Virus record (IMG/VR): IMGVR_UViG_3300042987_001724
Direction: 5' to 3' (one strand)
Source: a virus
Lineage: Duplodnaviria > Heunggongvirae > Uroviricota > Caudoviricetes
Length of the DNA: 64,000 nucleotides
The notes under the pieces were generated by a model. The model was given only the letters and a program-made list of their open reading frames with translations. It was not told the DNA's origin and did not search any database. Shown here piece by piece: positions 35,407-44,506 of this stretch (position 1 is its first letter; every line of letters begins with the position of its first letter). The position numbers were made by a program, and so were the translations under genes.

Positions 35407-38400
35407 ATGCCGGAACCCGGATTTCTTCGCGCAGTGGAAGTATTGACCGACGCCCTGTTGACCCCGCAGGAGTTTGCACGGCACAAGCCATCTCCAGACC
35501 AAATGACGCTCCGTTGGGTGACGATTCACCCACATGGCGAAGGTGAAGAAAGTCGAAGAATCCAGATCAACACCGAAACCGGCGAAATCGAGAAGGGTTT
35601 CGGGGCTGGAAAAACCATGCACGAAGCCTTTTCACCGAAGAGTGAAACGCTTGCCACAAGTGAAACACAGTCCAGCACTCCGGGGCGCAAATGGTATGGG
35701 ATGACGTATCGACCACCAGCATTGGGCGCGATCCCCAAAGGTGAGTATGAGCACAAGCCGCACCCTGATTTCCGGCACGGACAGATCTCCTACAATGAGC
35801 CACTCAGTCAGGAGATGCAGGACGCCTATGAGCTTACGCCAATCCATGAGGACGGGGATATTCCGGCTGTCGCGAAGTCTGTTGGCGCTGCGATGGGGAA
35901 GTATGCTGGCGAATACGCCAAGCCGCAAAACGCACAGCTTCTCGACGACCAACTGTCTCTAGAACGCATCCGCAAACTTCTCGGTCACGTTGACAAGGAG
36001 AAACTGAAAGCGGAGTTCCGGAAACAGTTCGGACAGGAATCCGATGCGGACCGCATTGAATCGGAGGCGTCATCTATCGCGGATGGCGTGCAAAAGCAAA
36101 AACAGCGATCAATGATTTATCAGGCGGACGACAAGGAGCGACTTGCAGAAAAGCACGGAAAGCCGCTCGACGCATATCACGATCTCCCGTTTGATGATTG
36201 GATGAAACTTCGTGCGGCTGATGACGAATCAGGTCGGGAACCGCAAAAGCCAGACGACGCCATCCTGAGCAAATATCCATCCCTTGCCGAACCACCGAAA
36301 CAAGCCGAAATGAGCGAGATGGTCCGCGCCGCCGCTGGCTATCAACTCCACGGAATGAGGAATGAACCAGAAGACCGCGCGGCATGGCGAGAACATTCAC
36401 AGCACATGACGAAATCCGCACTCGACGGATGGCTGATGAAGAAGTTCGGGATCGATTCCGCCACCGCCCGAGCCGTCAGCAACGCCGCTGGTGATATGAA
36501 CCCATTCACAACCGAAGGAGCGGGGACCGTTGGAGGGCAGGGCGTCAAATGGAATCACGACAGCCCGGAACCGACGATGGAGGAACTTGGTGACATGCCT
36601 TGGCTGAAGTCGGACGCGGCAGCAGAGAACTCAATCCAGCACAATCGCGAATCGCTATCGTCGATGCGTTCCGGGATGAAAGCGAAGATTGCCGAACTTG
36701 AGGCCAAGGAGGCGTCGGAAACTAAGCGACTGACGGCGGAAAAATCCCGAGCAAAGGGGGCGGAGAAAAAGGACGCGATTGACGATCAGTGGCGAGCCAT
36801 GAAGGACGACTTGTCAAAGCAGCGACAGGCTGTGATGCAGTCTCACCTGAAGGAAATCGAGTCGCATCCCGAGTATCAGCAGGAAAAGGCGGAGTCGTCA
36901 AGAAAAGCCAAGGGAAGGCAGGACGCATCTCAGGCGGAAGACAAGGCGAGAGCCAGCGACGCTGATAAAGCGAACTGGGACCACATTCAGAGCAACGGAG
37001 GCTACGAAGCCGTTCGCGACAGTCTTACCGCAGACATCAAAAGTCTGAAAAGTCGACTTGCTAAAACCAAGGACGCGAATAAATGGAAACTGGAAAGCAA
37101 TCTCGCCAATCGGGAGCGTGACCTTGAGCGAGTGAATGCACTGAATGAGAAATACGGGTCGAAACAGCCAGCCGTCCCACCGGAGATAGCCGCAAAGTAC
37201 CCATCATTGGCGGAAGACGTTGGCGCAAAACCAGAGGCAGCAAAAGAGCCGTGGGAGATGACACGAGACGAGTTCATGCGACAATCGGCAGCGAAACCAG
37301 CGTCGGGCGGATTTGCTGCGAGAGCAAACGCGAAGATTGCCAAGCCGTACCATCGACAATTGGTCACTCAGGCCGTCGCTGATGGGAAGTCGGTTCCGCC
37401 AGAAGTTCTCGCCGATTATCCAGAATTGTCGGGCGATCCAGAGAAGTCTGGTCAAGTCTCGTCAAGTCCGGAGAAGTCCGCAGACGAGCGGAAACCATTC
37501 AAGCCCGAAGGCGTCCCCGGCGAGCAAATGGGGTTGTTCGATCAGGACGCAGGCGGACAGAAATCTCTGTTCAATGTTGTCAAACCCGACAAGAAATCGA
37601 AAAAGGCACCAGCCGCCGCGCCGTCCGAACTGGAAAAGATCAGAGACGAGCACAATGCGAGGTCCGAAGAATCCGCACCGCTACCGGGGCAGAAGTCTAT
37701 CAGGGGTTTAGCAACAAAGCCGAAAAACACCGCAGAGGCTGATGAAAAGATCGCGTCTCAAAAAATGGCCTCCGACTTTCTTCAGGAGTCCAGAGATGAA
37801 AAAGAACAAGCGAAAAGAAAAGAGCGAGTGAGTCAATGGAGAAGCGGCTTCACTGGATCTCCAAAGGAGAATAACGCATCCGGAGATATCGCTCGCCACG
37901 ACTGGGAAAAGGCACTGCAAAACGGAGTATCCCCAAAACGACTTTCCGAGATGGTCGATAGTGCCGTTCAGGCTGGCGCTCTCGACGCTGGCGTTGGAAA
38001 GCATCTAAAGTCTCGGTTTTCTATCGAAGATCAGTACCCGAGCCTGAAGGGGTTCTCGGATCACCAAAATCTCAAGCCCATGTACGCCCCAAGCGACGAA
38101 AAGACCAAGGCGGGCGAGGAGTACCGCACCGCACTTGCCGGAGCCGGTAAATTCCACGCATCCAGAGTTGCGGCAGCGGAAGCAGGCGTTAAGGCTGGTC
38201 ACACACTCGACGAAATGCTGCAAGACCTGAAGGACGAAGGCGTCCACGAATTCGACGCGAAGCGGATCATCGGAGACGCATTCAACAAGGCCGGAAAGCC
38301 AGTAACTCGAAGCGACCAGCCGAAGCCGAGGCCATCCGACGATGACTGGAAACCAGAGAACCACGTCAAGATCGCAGCGGATGACATCAGCAAACTACGA

Positions 38401-39363
38401 AAGCAAGACGTTCACCGACTCATGGAGAACGCCACGGGCGACCGCCGCGCCAAGATGGCCGACTACATCCGGCAGAACCGCCCAGAACTCGCAGGAGAGG
38501 TTCAGGACTCGCTTGACGACTTGGGTGGAGATTCATCCGCATCTAAGGACTCCCCGTCTGTGTACGAGATTCGAGTGAAAGGCCAAGACGGAAACCCGAC
38601 AACTAAACATGCTGTGGCAATGCGAGGTAAGCCGGGTTTTGGAGATAGCGTATTTAACTCGCGAGAGGAAGCCGAATCTCACATCAAAAAGACGGGCGAG
38701 ATAAACAGACTTAATGCTGAATATCAGGCTAAACAAGACGTGATTCGTAAAACGGAACAGGAAAAGGAACACGCCGAAAAGACGGAGCGTGAAAGCATCG
38801 ACGGGTTTGCCAACGACAGGTCACCAAGAGACAAGGCCAATATCATCAAGACACTGAATGCGAAAGCGTCATTCGATGGTAAGGTTATGTCGGTTAAAGA
38901 TAAAGTAAGGGATCTTGTCGCGAATGGAGAATCGCTGTCGGCTGACGAGGAAAACAAAATCAAGCCTATGACGCGAACTCAATTCAACAGGGCGGATGGT
39001 CGCGAACAGGACGCCCACGAAAAAAGAATGCGTGAAGGCGGCAAGAAAACCGTGTATCGCATTGGCGGGTATGATCTCGGGAAGACTGCATACGACTACG
39101 CCAAGCATCTGCTCTCGCAAGGAAAGAAAGAGTTCTCCCGCCGCGCACCACACGAAGAACTAATCCATCATCTCCACGAAGCAATGAACCACGACGGAAA
39201 ATGCTGCTACGAAAAAGAGGAAGGGGAAGACGACATCGCGGATCACGTTCCAGCCGATCACCGCCACATGGACAAATCCGTCCACGAACTCTGCCGACAT
39301 CTCGGAGCATCGCACCCGGAATTGCAGGCGGCATACGAAAACTACACCGCCGCAGTAGAATAG
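35407..39363 (+). CDS. giant polyvalent protein 5 (1318 aa), mostly charged/coiled-coil
   Basis: N-terminal leader MPEPGFLRAVEVLTDALLTPQEFARHKPSPDQM. Internal LFDQDAGGQKSLFN..KKAPAAAPSELEKIRDE box shared with protein 2. C-terminal KKEFSRRAPHEE plus Cys/His-rich tail. Confidence 0.85.
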   Translation: MPEPGFLRAVEVLTDALLTPQEFARHKPSPDQMTLRWVTIHPHGEGEESRRIQINTETGEIEKGFGAGKTMHEAFSPKSETLATSETQSSTPGRKWYGMTYRPPALGAIPKGEYEHKPHPDFRHGQISYNEPLSQEMQDAYELTPIHEDGDIPAVAKSVGAAMGKYAGEYAKPQNAQLLDDQLSLERIRKLLGHVDKEKLKAEFRKQFGQESDADRIESEASSIADGVQKQKQRSMIYQADDKERLAEKHGKPLDAYHDLPFDDWMKLRAADDESGREPQKPDDAILSKYPSLAEPPKQAEMSEMVRAAAGYQLHGMRNEPEDRAAWREHSQHMTKSALDGWLMKKFGIDSATARAVSNAAGDMNPFTTEGAGTVGGQGVKWNHDSPEPTMEELGDMPWLKSDAAAENSIQHNRESLSSMRSGMKAKIAELEAKEASETKRLTAEKSRAKGAEKKDAIDDQWRAMKDDLSKQRQAVMQSHLKEIESHPEYQQEKAESSRKAKGRQDASQAEDKARASDADKANWDHIQSNGGYEAVRDSLTADIKSLKSRLAKTKDANKWKLESNLANRERDLERVNALNEKYGSKQPAVPPEIAAKYPSLAEDVGAKPEAAKEPWEMTRDEFMRQSAAKPASGGFAARANAKIAKPYHRQLVTQAVADGKSVPPEVLADYPELSGDPEKSGQVSSSPEKSADERKPFKPEGVPGEQMGLFDQDAGGQKSLFNVVKPDKKSKKAPAAAPSELEKIRDEHNARSEESAPLPGQKSIRGLATKPKNTAEADEKIASQKMASDFLQESRDEKEQAKRKERVSQWRSGFTGSPKENNASGDIARHDWEKALQNGVSPKRLSEMVDSAVQAGALDAGVGKHLKSRFSIEDQYPSLKGFSDHQNLKPMYAPSDEKTKAGEEYRTALAGAGKFHASRVAAAEAGVKAGHTLDEMLQDLKDEGVHEFDAKRIIGDAFNKAGKPVTRSDQPKPRPSDDDWKPENHVKIAADDISKLRKQDVHRLMENATGDRRAKMADYIRQNRPELAGEVQDSLDDLGGDSSASKDSPSVYEIRVKGQDGNPTTKHAVAMRGKPGFGDSVFNSREEAESHIKKTGEINRLNAEYQAKQDVIRKTEQEKEHAEKTERESIDGFANDRSPRDKANIIKTLNAKASFDGKVMSVKDKVRDLVANGESLSADEENKIKPMTRTQFNRADGREQDAHEKRMREGGKKTVYRIGGYDLGKTAYDYAKHLLSQGKKEFSRRAPHEELIHHLHEAMNHDGKCCYEKEEGEDDIADHVPADHRHMDKSVHELCRHLGASHPELQAAYENYTAAVE

Positions 39364-39624
39364 TTGACATTTCAGCAGAAGTTTCTAACATACTTCCAGT
39401 GATAGAAATCGCCGTCCAATACGGTCGGCGTCTTGCTATTTCGGGAGTTCTGAGATGTTCGAATACTGGTTTTCACGGTGGGTGAACACCGACGACGGCA
39501 GCAGGATGAGAAATCCGCGTGGCTCCGCGATGTACCCCAAGCACATCATCCGCCAGATGCTGGAATCCGCGTTTAACGCCGGGGCAGCAATGAAAGAGGC
39601 GGAACTGGCTGCGGGGGCGACGGC

Positions 39625-39864
39625 ATGAAAGTTGAGAGCCTGATAAAGATCACGATCGGCGAAACCGCCCACGAGATCACGATGGATGAGGCCAGATCCC
39701 TGTTCGCGGAACTCCAGAAGCTGTTCCTGTCTAGCCCGCCAAATGACGGGCTTCGGGACGCGATTCAAGACGCTTTAGGCTACAGGCGATGGCGTCCGTC
39801 AGTGATCCCGCTTCGCGTCTATCCGGGTACTTTGGAGGCTGCGGAAGATGGGTCACCCGTTTGA
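39625..39864 (+). CDS. hypothetical protein
   Basis: 79-aa ORF. It is preceded by a possible 57-aa ORF (~39455..39628) coupled by ATGA. Confidence 0.4.
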   Translation: MKVESLIKITIGETAHEITMDEARSLFAELQKLFLSSPPNDGLRDAIQDALGYRRWRPSVIPLRVYPGTLEAAEDGSPV

Positions 39865-40084
39865 AGAACACAAACCGCATTGTGGTCGTACAAATGCAGT
39901 TGTGCGGCAATGCCAGAAAACAAAGGAATACTGCACCGCCACGAACCCACGCGGCGGGCAGTGTGATTGCGAGTTTGTCCAGTTGAACGGCGCGAAAAGC
40001 TGGTCTTGCGTCGCAAAGTGGGGGCTGTTGATGAATGTGCTCTACGCACTGACAGGAAAACGAAGTACGGAGTTGATGCAATGA
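39848..40084 (+). CDS. Cys-rich small protein
   Basis: 78-aa ORF with multiple Cys (HCGRTNAVVRQCQ..CTATNPRGGQCDCEF..WSC). Confidence 0.4.
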   Translation: MGHPFEEHKPHCGRTNAVVRQCQKTKEYCTATNPRGGQCDCEFVQLNGAKSWSCVAKWGLLMNVLYALTGKRSTELMQ

Positions 40085-40410
40085 TGTTGGTGAAGCAAGT
40101 CGGCCCCACAACCTGCGGCCAAGCCTGTCTGGCGATGATCCACGGAGTCTCACTGGACGAGGCTATTCGTTACGTTGGTCACACCGGCGAGATCAGCGAT
40201 ATCGATATGTTCACGATGAGCGGCACCGACTCCGGATTCGTTGACGGCCCGCCATCACCGGACATCGTGGCAATCCAGAAGCATCGCGACCCCAGCGGAG
40301 ATCGTGAGCACTGGACAGTTAGTTTCAGGGGACAGCTTTTGGACCCGGCAGAGATCGGGGAAAAGATCTGGCCTGTCTACAAGCATTTTGCGGTCGATTG
40401 GATGTGCTGA
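40081..40410 (+). CDS. C39-like papain-fold cysteine peptidase
   Basis: MMLVKQVGPTTCGQACLAMIHGVSLDEA matches the C39 signature (Q..CG.ACLAMI). A downstream EHWTVSF supplies a candidate His. ATGA-coupled. Confidence 0.5.
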   Translation: MMLVKQVGPTTCGQACLAMIHGVSLDEAIRYVGHTGEISDIDMFTMSGTDSGFVDGPPSPDIVAIQKHRDPSGDREHWTVSFRGQLLDPAEIGEKIWPVYKHFAVDWMC

Positions 40411-40499
40411 CGTGATCGAGGCTGACAGGGAAACAGAAGAACTCATCGACAAGTTTTGCATCAGATTAGACCAGTCCTGCCGAGAACGAGAGGGGCGAC

Positions 40500-40694
40500 A
40501 TGCTGACAGCAGAATGCAAGCACGGCCACAGCTTCGATGCCAGAGGTCGATGCGACTGCGGGATGACGGAGGCGGAATACCATCTCAGCGACCGCAAGCC
40601 GCCATGCGTGCAAACCGTCCCGGATAACCACAGATCCCGGCAGAACTACTACGGTGTTTTCACGCTGTTTCACTCCCGCAACAGGGTTCGATGA
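40500..40694 (+). CDS. Zn-ribbon-like small protein
   Basis: 64-aa ORF with CKHGH..RCDCG..C. Confidence 0.4.
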   Translation: MLTAECKHGHSFDARGRCDCGMTEAEYHLSDRKPPCVQTVPDNHRSRQNYYGVFTLFHSRNRVR

Positions 40695-40921
40695 TGGGCG
40701 AGATATTCATTTGCGACGGATGCGGGAGAGACACAACGTCAACCAAGAGACTTTGCAGCCGATGCACGGGGCTGTCATCGAATAGCTACGACAATCGCGG
40801 CCTGATCGGTCGCAAGTCGCCATCAATTGACGAATCGCGGCGAAACATCATTCGGGAATTAGTCCAGCGGTCTGAATCCACTGGATGGGCATATGACGAC
40901 GGTGACGAGGGAGACGAGTAG
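40691..40921 (+). CDS. Zn-ribbon small protein with acidic tail
   Basis: CDGCG..CSRC followed by DDGDEGDE. ATGA coupling. Confidence 0.4.
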   Translation: MMGEIFICDGCGRDTTSTKRLCSRCTGLSSNSYDNRGLIGRKSPSIDESRRNIIRELVQRSESTGWAYDDGDEGDE

Positions 40922-40923
40922 GC

Positions 40924-41109
40924 ATGTTTGACCTGACAACGATTCAACTGCGAAACGTGCGAGAACGAGCGCAGGCGGATATCAGAAACGCCATTGGCCG
41001 GAACGATTTTTACGTGGGGACGCCAAGCGTCATCAACGCGCTGAAGATCGCGGCGAAGCAGTGCGACCAAACCCCGGTTGAGGTCTTGGACTACTGGAGC
41101 AAGCGATGA
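40924..41109 (+). CDS. hypothetical small protein
   Basis: 61-aa ORF in a coupled series. Confidence 0.35.
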   Translation: MFDLTTIQLRNVRERAQADIRNAIGRNDFYVGTPSVINALKIAAKQCDQTPVEVLDYWSKR

Positions 41110-41309
41110 CGGAACAAGCCAGTCCACTGAGCACGCCAATAACGCTACATCAAGCCATTATTTACGAAATCGGCGGATCGTGGTGGGCGTCATGGGTTGG
41201 ATATCCACCGCTGCAAAGGATCGTCAGTAAATACTTTGCGTGGAAAGCATCTCGCAAGCTTGCACGTTACAAGTGGCTCTTGGGAACACCACGGGAGGCA
41301 AGGCGATGA
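41106..41309 (+). CDS. hypothetical small Trp-rich protein
   Basis: 67-aa ORF, ATGA-coupled. Confidence 0.35.
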   Translation: MTEQASPLSTPITLHQAIIYEIGGSWWASWVGYPPLQRIVSKYFAWKASRKLARYKWLLGTPREARR

Positions 41310-41396
41310 TGAAGCAACTCGCGGAGGAGCGATGAACACCAGTCAGGCTATCGCTATTTCCGATAACACGTTGACAAAGTATTTGCGGGGCCGATA

Positions 41397-41936
41397 ATGT
41401 CAGAAACCGACGAAAACGAACCCTCTTCTGCTCGCCCGAATGAGGGGTTGGGAAGCGATCCGCTTCATGGCTTACTTCTTGACCCAAACAAGGTTAGGTC
41501 GGACATCCGGATGCTGGCCCACGCCTTCAAGGGGAAAGGCCCGCCGTCGCATCACATTGAGGAGATCTGGAATCGGTTGATGCTCCACCTGCGGACCGAT
41601 GCTGTCCGTGAGATCGACCCGGAAACCGGGATGAACATCGTCAACGAGAAGATGGGGGCGGACATCTCGATCAAGGCTGCTGGCATGCTTGGCCGCTTCC
41701 TTGAGATGTTCGTGAAGGACGAGCAATTGGCGCTGGGGATGATGGAAAAGGAAGCCGCCAAGAGCACGACGATCAACATTGGCGCCATCGGTTCGATTTC
41801 GATGGGGCAGGAGCCACTGACGCCAACTGACGCCAAACTACAGGCGGAGGACATCTTGCAGCGGGTGTTGAGCCGGACGAAGCAGCCGGAGCCGGTGCGG
41901 GTTGAGAATAAATTGGACGATCTGAGTTCTATCTGA
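41397..41936 (+). CDS. hypothetical protein
   Basis: 179-aa ORF with clean composition. Confidence 0.5.
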   Translation: MSETDENEPSSARPNEGLGSDPLHGLLLDPNKVRSDIRMLAHAFKGKGPPSHHIEEIWNRLMLHLRTDAVREIDPETGMNIVNEKMGADISIKAAGMLGRFLEMFVKDEQLALGMMEKEAAKSTTINIGAIGSISMGQEPLTPTDAKLQAEDILQRVLSRTKQPEPVRVENKLDDLSSI

Positions 41937-41946
41937 GGGGAGCTAG

Positions 41947-42204
41947 ATGGCGATCAGCGACTTTTTCAACGGAGAGCGTGCCGGTCGATCTACGGCGCAG
42001 CGAGCGAAAGCAAGCCTGTTTTCACACTCCTGCGACGTGATCGCACATATTGTCGACGCGGTGATTGAACTGGTGCCGCATGTTGTTACGTTCACTGTTG
42101 TCATGATTGTTGTGGCCACGCTTCCCGTATCGGTCCCGGCTATCGCGTTTCTGAGACGCGGGCGGGATCGTGCGGAAGTCTCAAAAAACACGAAAGCCGA
42201 TTGA
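41947..42204 (+). CDS. small membrane protein
   Basis: TM stretch VVTFTVVMIVVATLPVSVPAIAFL. Confidence 0.4.
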   Translation: MAISDFFNGERAGRSTAQRAKASLFSHSCDVIAHIVDAVIELVPHVVTFTVVMIVVATLPVSVPAIAFLRRGRDRAEVSKNTKAD

Positions 42205-42207
42205 TAT

Positions 42208-42543
42208 GTGGAAGTTGAGGCGCAGTCCGGAGCAATGACAGCCCTGTCCGTGGCGATTTCCCGCCGACTTGGCGTCCGTCTGTCGGACCATCAAGCATGG
42301 GAAAGCCAAATGAGGGCGATCGCCGAGTTCGGCACCCATCTTCCGTCTGCTCGATGGGCGAGGCTGGCAATGGCCATTGAGAAATGCGTTCCCCACCTTC
42401 AGGAAGAACTGCGGGAACTGGAGGCGTGGGTAGAGAAGGCGCAGTCATGCGACAACCCGCAAATGGGCAGCTACTGCGACGACTCGGTGTCTCAAAACAC
42501 GGGGTTGAAAGAAACCGCCGATTCGTGCAATGCGAACGCCTGA
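42208..42543 (+). CDS. hypothetical protein
   Basis: 111-aa ORF. Confidence 0.45.
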   Translation: MEVEAQSGAMTALSVAISRRLGVRLSDHQAWESQMRAIAEFGTHLPSARWARLAMAIEKCVPHLQEELRELEAWVEKAQSCDNPQMGSYCDDSVSQNTGLKETADSCNANA

Positions 42544-42575
42544 AACGCCTTGCGTCAAAACTGCGAAATAACGCT

Positions 42576-42593
42576 AATTCCGGGAATTATCTA
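42576..42593 (+). promoter_or_regulatory. palindrome AATTCCGGGAATT + ATCTA abutting a start codon
   Basis: Third copy of the element. The trailing ATCTA overlaps the ATG at 42593. Confidence 0.5.
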
Positions 42594-42934
42594 TGGCTCG
42601 AAAACTCGATTCAACGATCACCGTCACCTTGAGCTTCCCGGCGTTGCTGTCGATGCTGGCTTCGATTCGTGGCGGCGGACTCGCCCGGATCAACGGAGAC
42701 CTTCCGTATCCACCCGACGGGGCGAAGCAAATCATTCTCCCGAAGATCGACATCGGTATCCCGCTCCCGGAAGGCTGCGAGGTCGTTTCGGCGAGCAGCA
42801 ATGGCGACTACGTCAATGTAACGCTCTGGCATGAATCGTTTGCGGGAAATCACCGACAAATACCACTTACTGCGATTCGGCTGCTGTGCATTGACGTACA
42901 ACGACAGCGAGCCATCCCGGCGAGAATTACTTGA
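42593..42934 (+). CDS. hypothetical protein
   Basis: 113-aa ORF starting immediately at the palindromic element. Confidence 0.45.
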   Translation: MARKLDSTITVTLSFPALLSMLASIRGGGLARINGDLPYPPDGAKQIILPKIDIGIPLPEGCEVVSASSNGDYVNVTLWHESFAGNHRQIPLTAIRLLCIDVQRQRAIPARIT

Positions 42935-43027
42935 TGGATTGGAACGAACTTACCCAACTTCGACTTGATTTGTGGAAGTTTCTGGTAAAATGCCATCAAG
43001 ATAGCGTCATTCGGGGGATGAAAAATA

Positions 43028-43627
43028 ATGGCTGACGTGAGTTCAATCCAAGTCAACATCGACGAGCACTACAAGCAATGCGTGATGGCGTTACAGCAGA
43101 TCGCACAACTCGCGGATACGGGAAGCAAAGCCCACAAGGAACGATTCTGCCCGAACGCAGAAGGCGATGGAATCGCCAATGGATGGCGCGTCGCTGAGGC
43201 GATGCGAGAGATCGCAAACGATGTTGTCGGTAGCATCAGCCTGCCTCGATCATTGTTTTGCGTGTACGACCGTGTTCGAGTGAAAGCCGGTCGCGATGCT
43301 GGCCATTACGGGACAGTCACGCACGTCGGAGGGGATGACGGAACTTACTACGGCGTGAAACTGGACTGCCACGACAAGGAAATCGGATACAGCGAGTATG
43401 AATTGGAATATGCGAGGCTGGATGAACCAGCATGGGTGACGCGATTCGCAAAAGGAAATGCTGCGACCAGTCCGTTCACCGCAAAGGAAATCGCCGATCA
43501 GGTTCGAGAAATGCTGGTGTATAAGCGGGCTATGGAGTCGATGGCGCGTCAGTTCATTCATCCGAAAATGACGGCAATTGAGATGGCGGAAATGCAATTA
43601 CGAGACAGCGGTACAGGCGAGGGTTGA
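43028..43627 (+). CDS. hypothetical protein
   Basis: 199-aa ORF. Preceded by GGAAGTTTC-N6-TAAAAT. Confidence 0.5.
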   Translation: MADVSSIQVNIDEHYKQCVMALQQIAQLADTGSKAHKERFCPNAEGDGIANGWRVAEAMREIANDVVGSISLPRSLFCVYDRVRVKAGRDAGHYGTVTHVGGDDGTYYGVKLDCHDKEIGYSEYELEYARLDEPAWVTRFAKGNAATSPFTAKEIADQVREMLVYKRAMESMARQFIHPKMTAIEMAEMQLRDSGTGEG

Positions 43628-43903
43628 GTGATGCGTCCTGAATCCTATTCTGATAAGCCTCTCGAAAGGTGTTGTAGTACCTGTCGATTCTCTCATCTCG
43701 TCGCCTACAAGCTCGATCTGCTGTGCTTTCATGGTGACAAAATCGAGATCACAGGAACGAGCGAATACCCAGTCACCGCGCATCACGTCATGCTGAATGG
43801 CAATGATGATGTCGGAATGATGGAAGGTGATTCCTACGACAGAATCTGGGGGTCACGGTCAGTTGATGGGGAAGCGGTTTGCGACTTTTGGGAGCCAGAG
43901 TGA
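43628..43903 (+). CDS. Cys-rich hypothetical protein
   Basis: 91-aa ORF with CCSTC..C. Confidence 0.45.
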   Translation: MMRPESYSDKPLERCCSTCRFSHLVAYKLDLLCFHGDKIEITGTSEYPVTAHHVMLNGNDDVGMMEGDSYDRIWGSRSVDGEAVCDFWEPE

Positions 43904-44259
43904 TGACAACGAAACAAGTCACCGAGGTTCAGATTCGCTGGATGATTCGTCGAGACATGCCAGAAGTCTTGGAAATCGAGAACCAGTCTTTCGAGTTCCC
44001 GTGGAGCGAGGAAGATTACATTTCGTGCCTGAGCCAGAGAAACTGCATCGGCATGGTCGCGGAGCACGATGAGCGTATCGCTGGCGTGATGCTGTACGAG
44101 TTGCTGAAGTCGAAGCTGCACGTTCTAAACTTCGCCGTCCATCCAGAATTCCAGCGTCAAGGTGCTGGCGGGGCCAAGAAGTGGCAAAAGTCAACTGACA
44201 CCAGATGCACGGCAGAGGCGAGAGCGGTGTGTCGCTCATACGGTGGCCGTTCTCGATAA
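43903..44259 (+). CDS. GNAT (RimI-like) N-acetyltransferase, possibly C-terminally degenerate
   Basis: IRWMIRRDMPEVLEIENQSFEFPWSEEDY..LHVLNFAVHPEFQRQGAGGA matches the RimI N-terminus through motif A. The region after motif A does not align to GNAT motif B. GGAG RBS and TGATG overlap. Confidence 0.45.
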   Translation: MTTKQVTEVQIRWMIRRDMPEVLEIENQSFEFPWSEEDYISCLSQRNCIGMVAEHDERIAGVMLYELLKSKLHVLNFAVHPEFQRQGAGGAKKWQKSTDTRCTAEARAVCRSYGGRSR

Positions 44260-44506
44260 GACGTATACGCCACTCGCCCTATCTCCCGGAATGACCGTTG
44301 AGCATCACGCAAACTGCTCTCTGATCGACGATCAGTGCGATTACGAGGAATGCCAGATCGTCAGGGAAGACGCGGGTTGACCAATGAACGGTTACGATCT
44401 TGGCAGTGCGGCGGCAAGGGGAATTCTCGCGTTGATCGTCGGCGCGATGATTTGCGGGGCGGCGATGATGGCCGTTGTGGTTTGGGTCGGAATGTCGATC
44501 CTGTCC

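Noticed and set aside
14564-39363. Possibility that the reiterated module is a CRISPR array or non-coding tandem repeat
   Set aside because: Copies are in-frame within long ORFs, widely and irregularly spaced, and diverged at the DNA level while conserved at the protein level.
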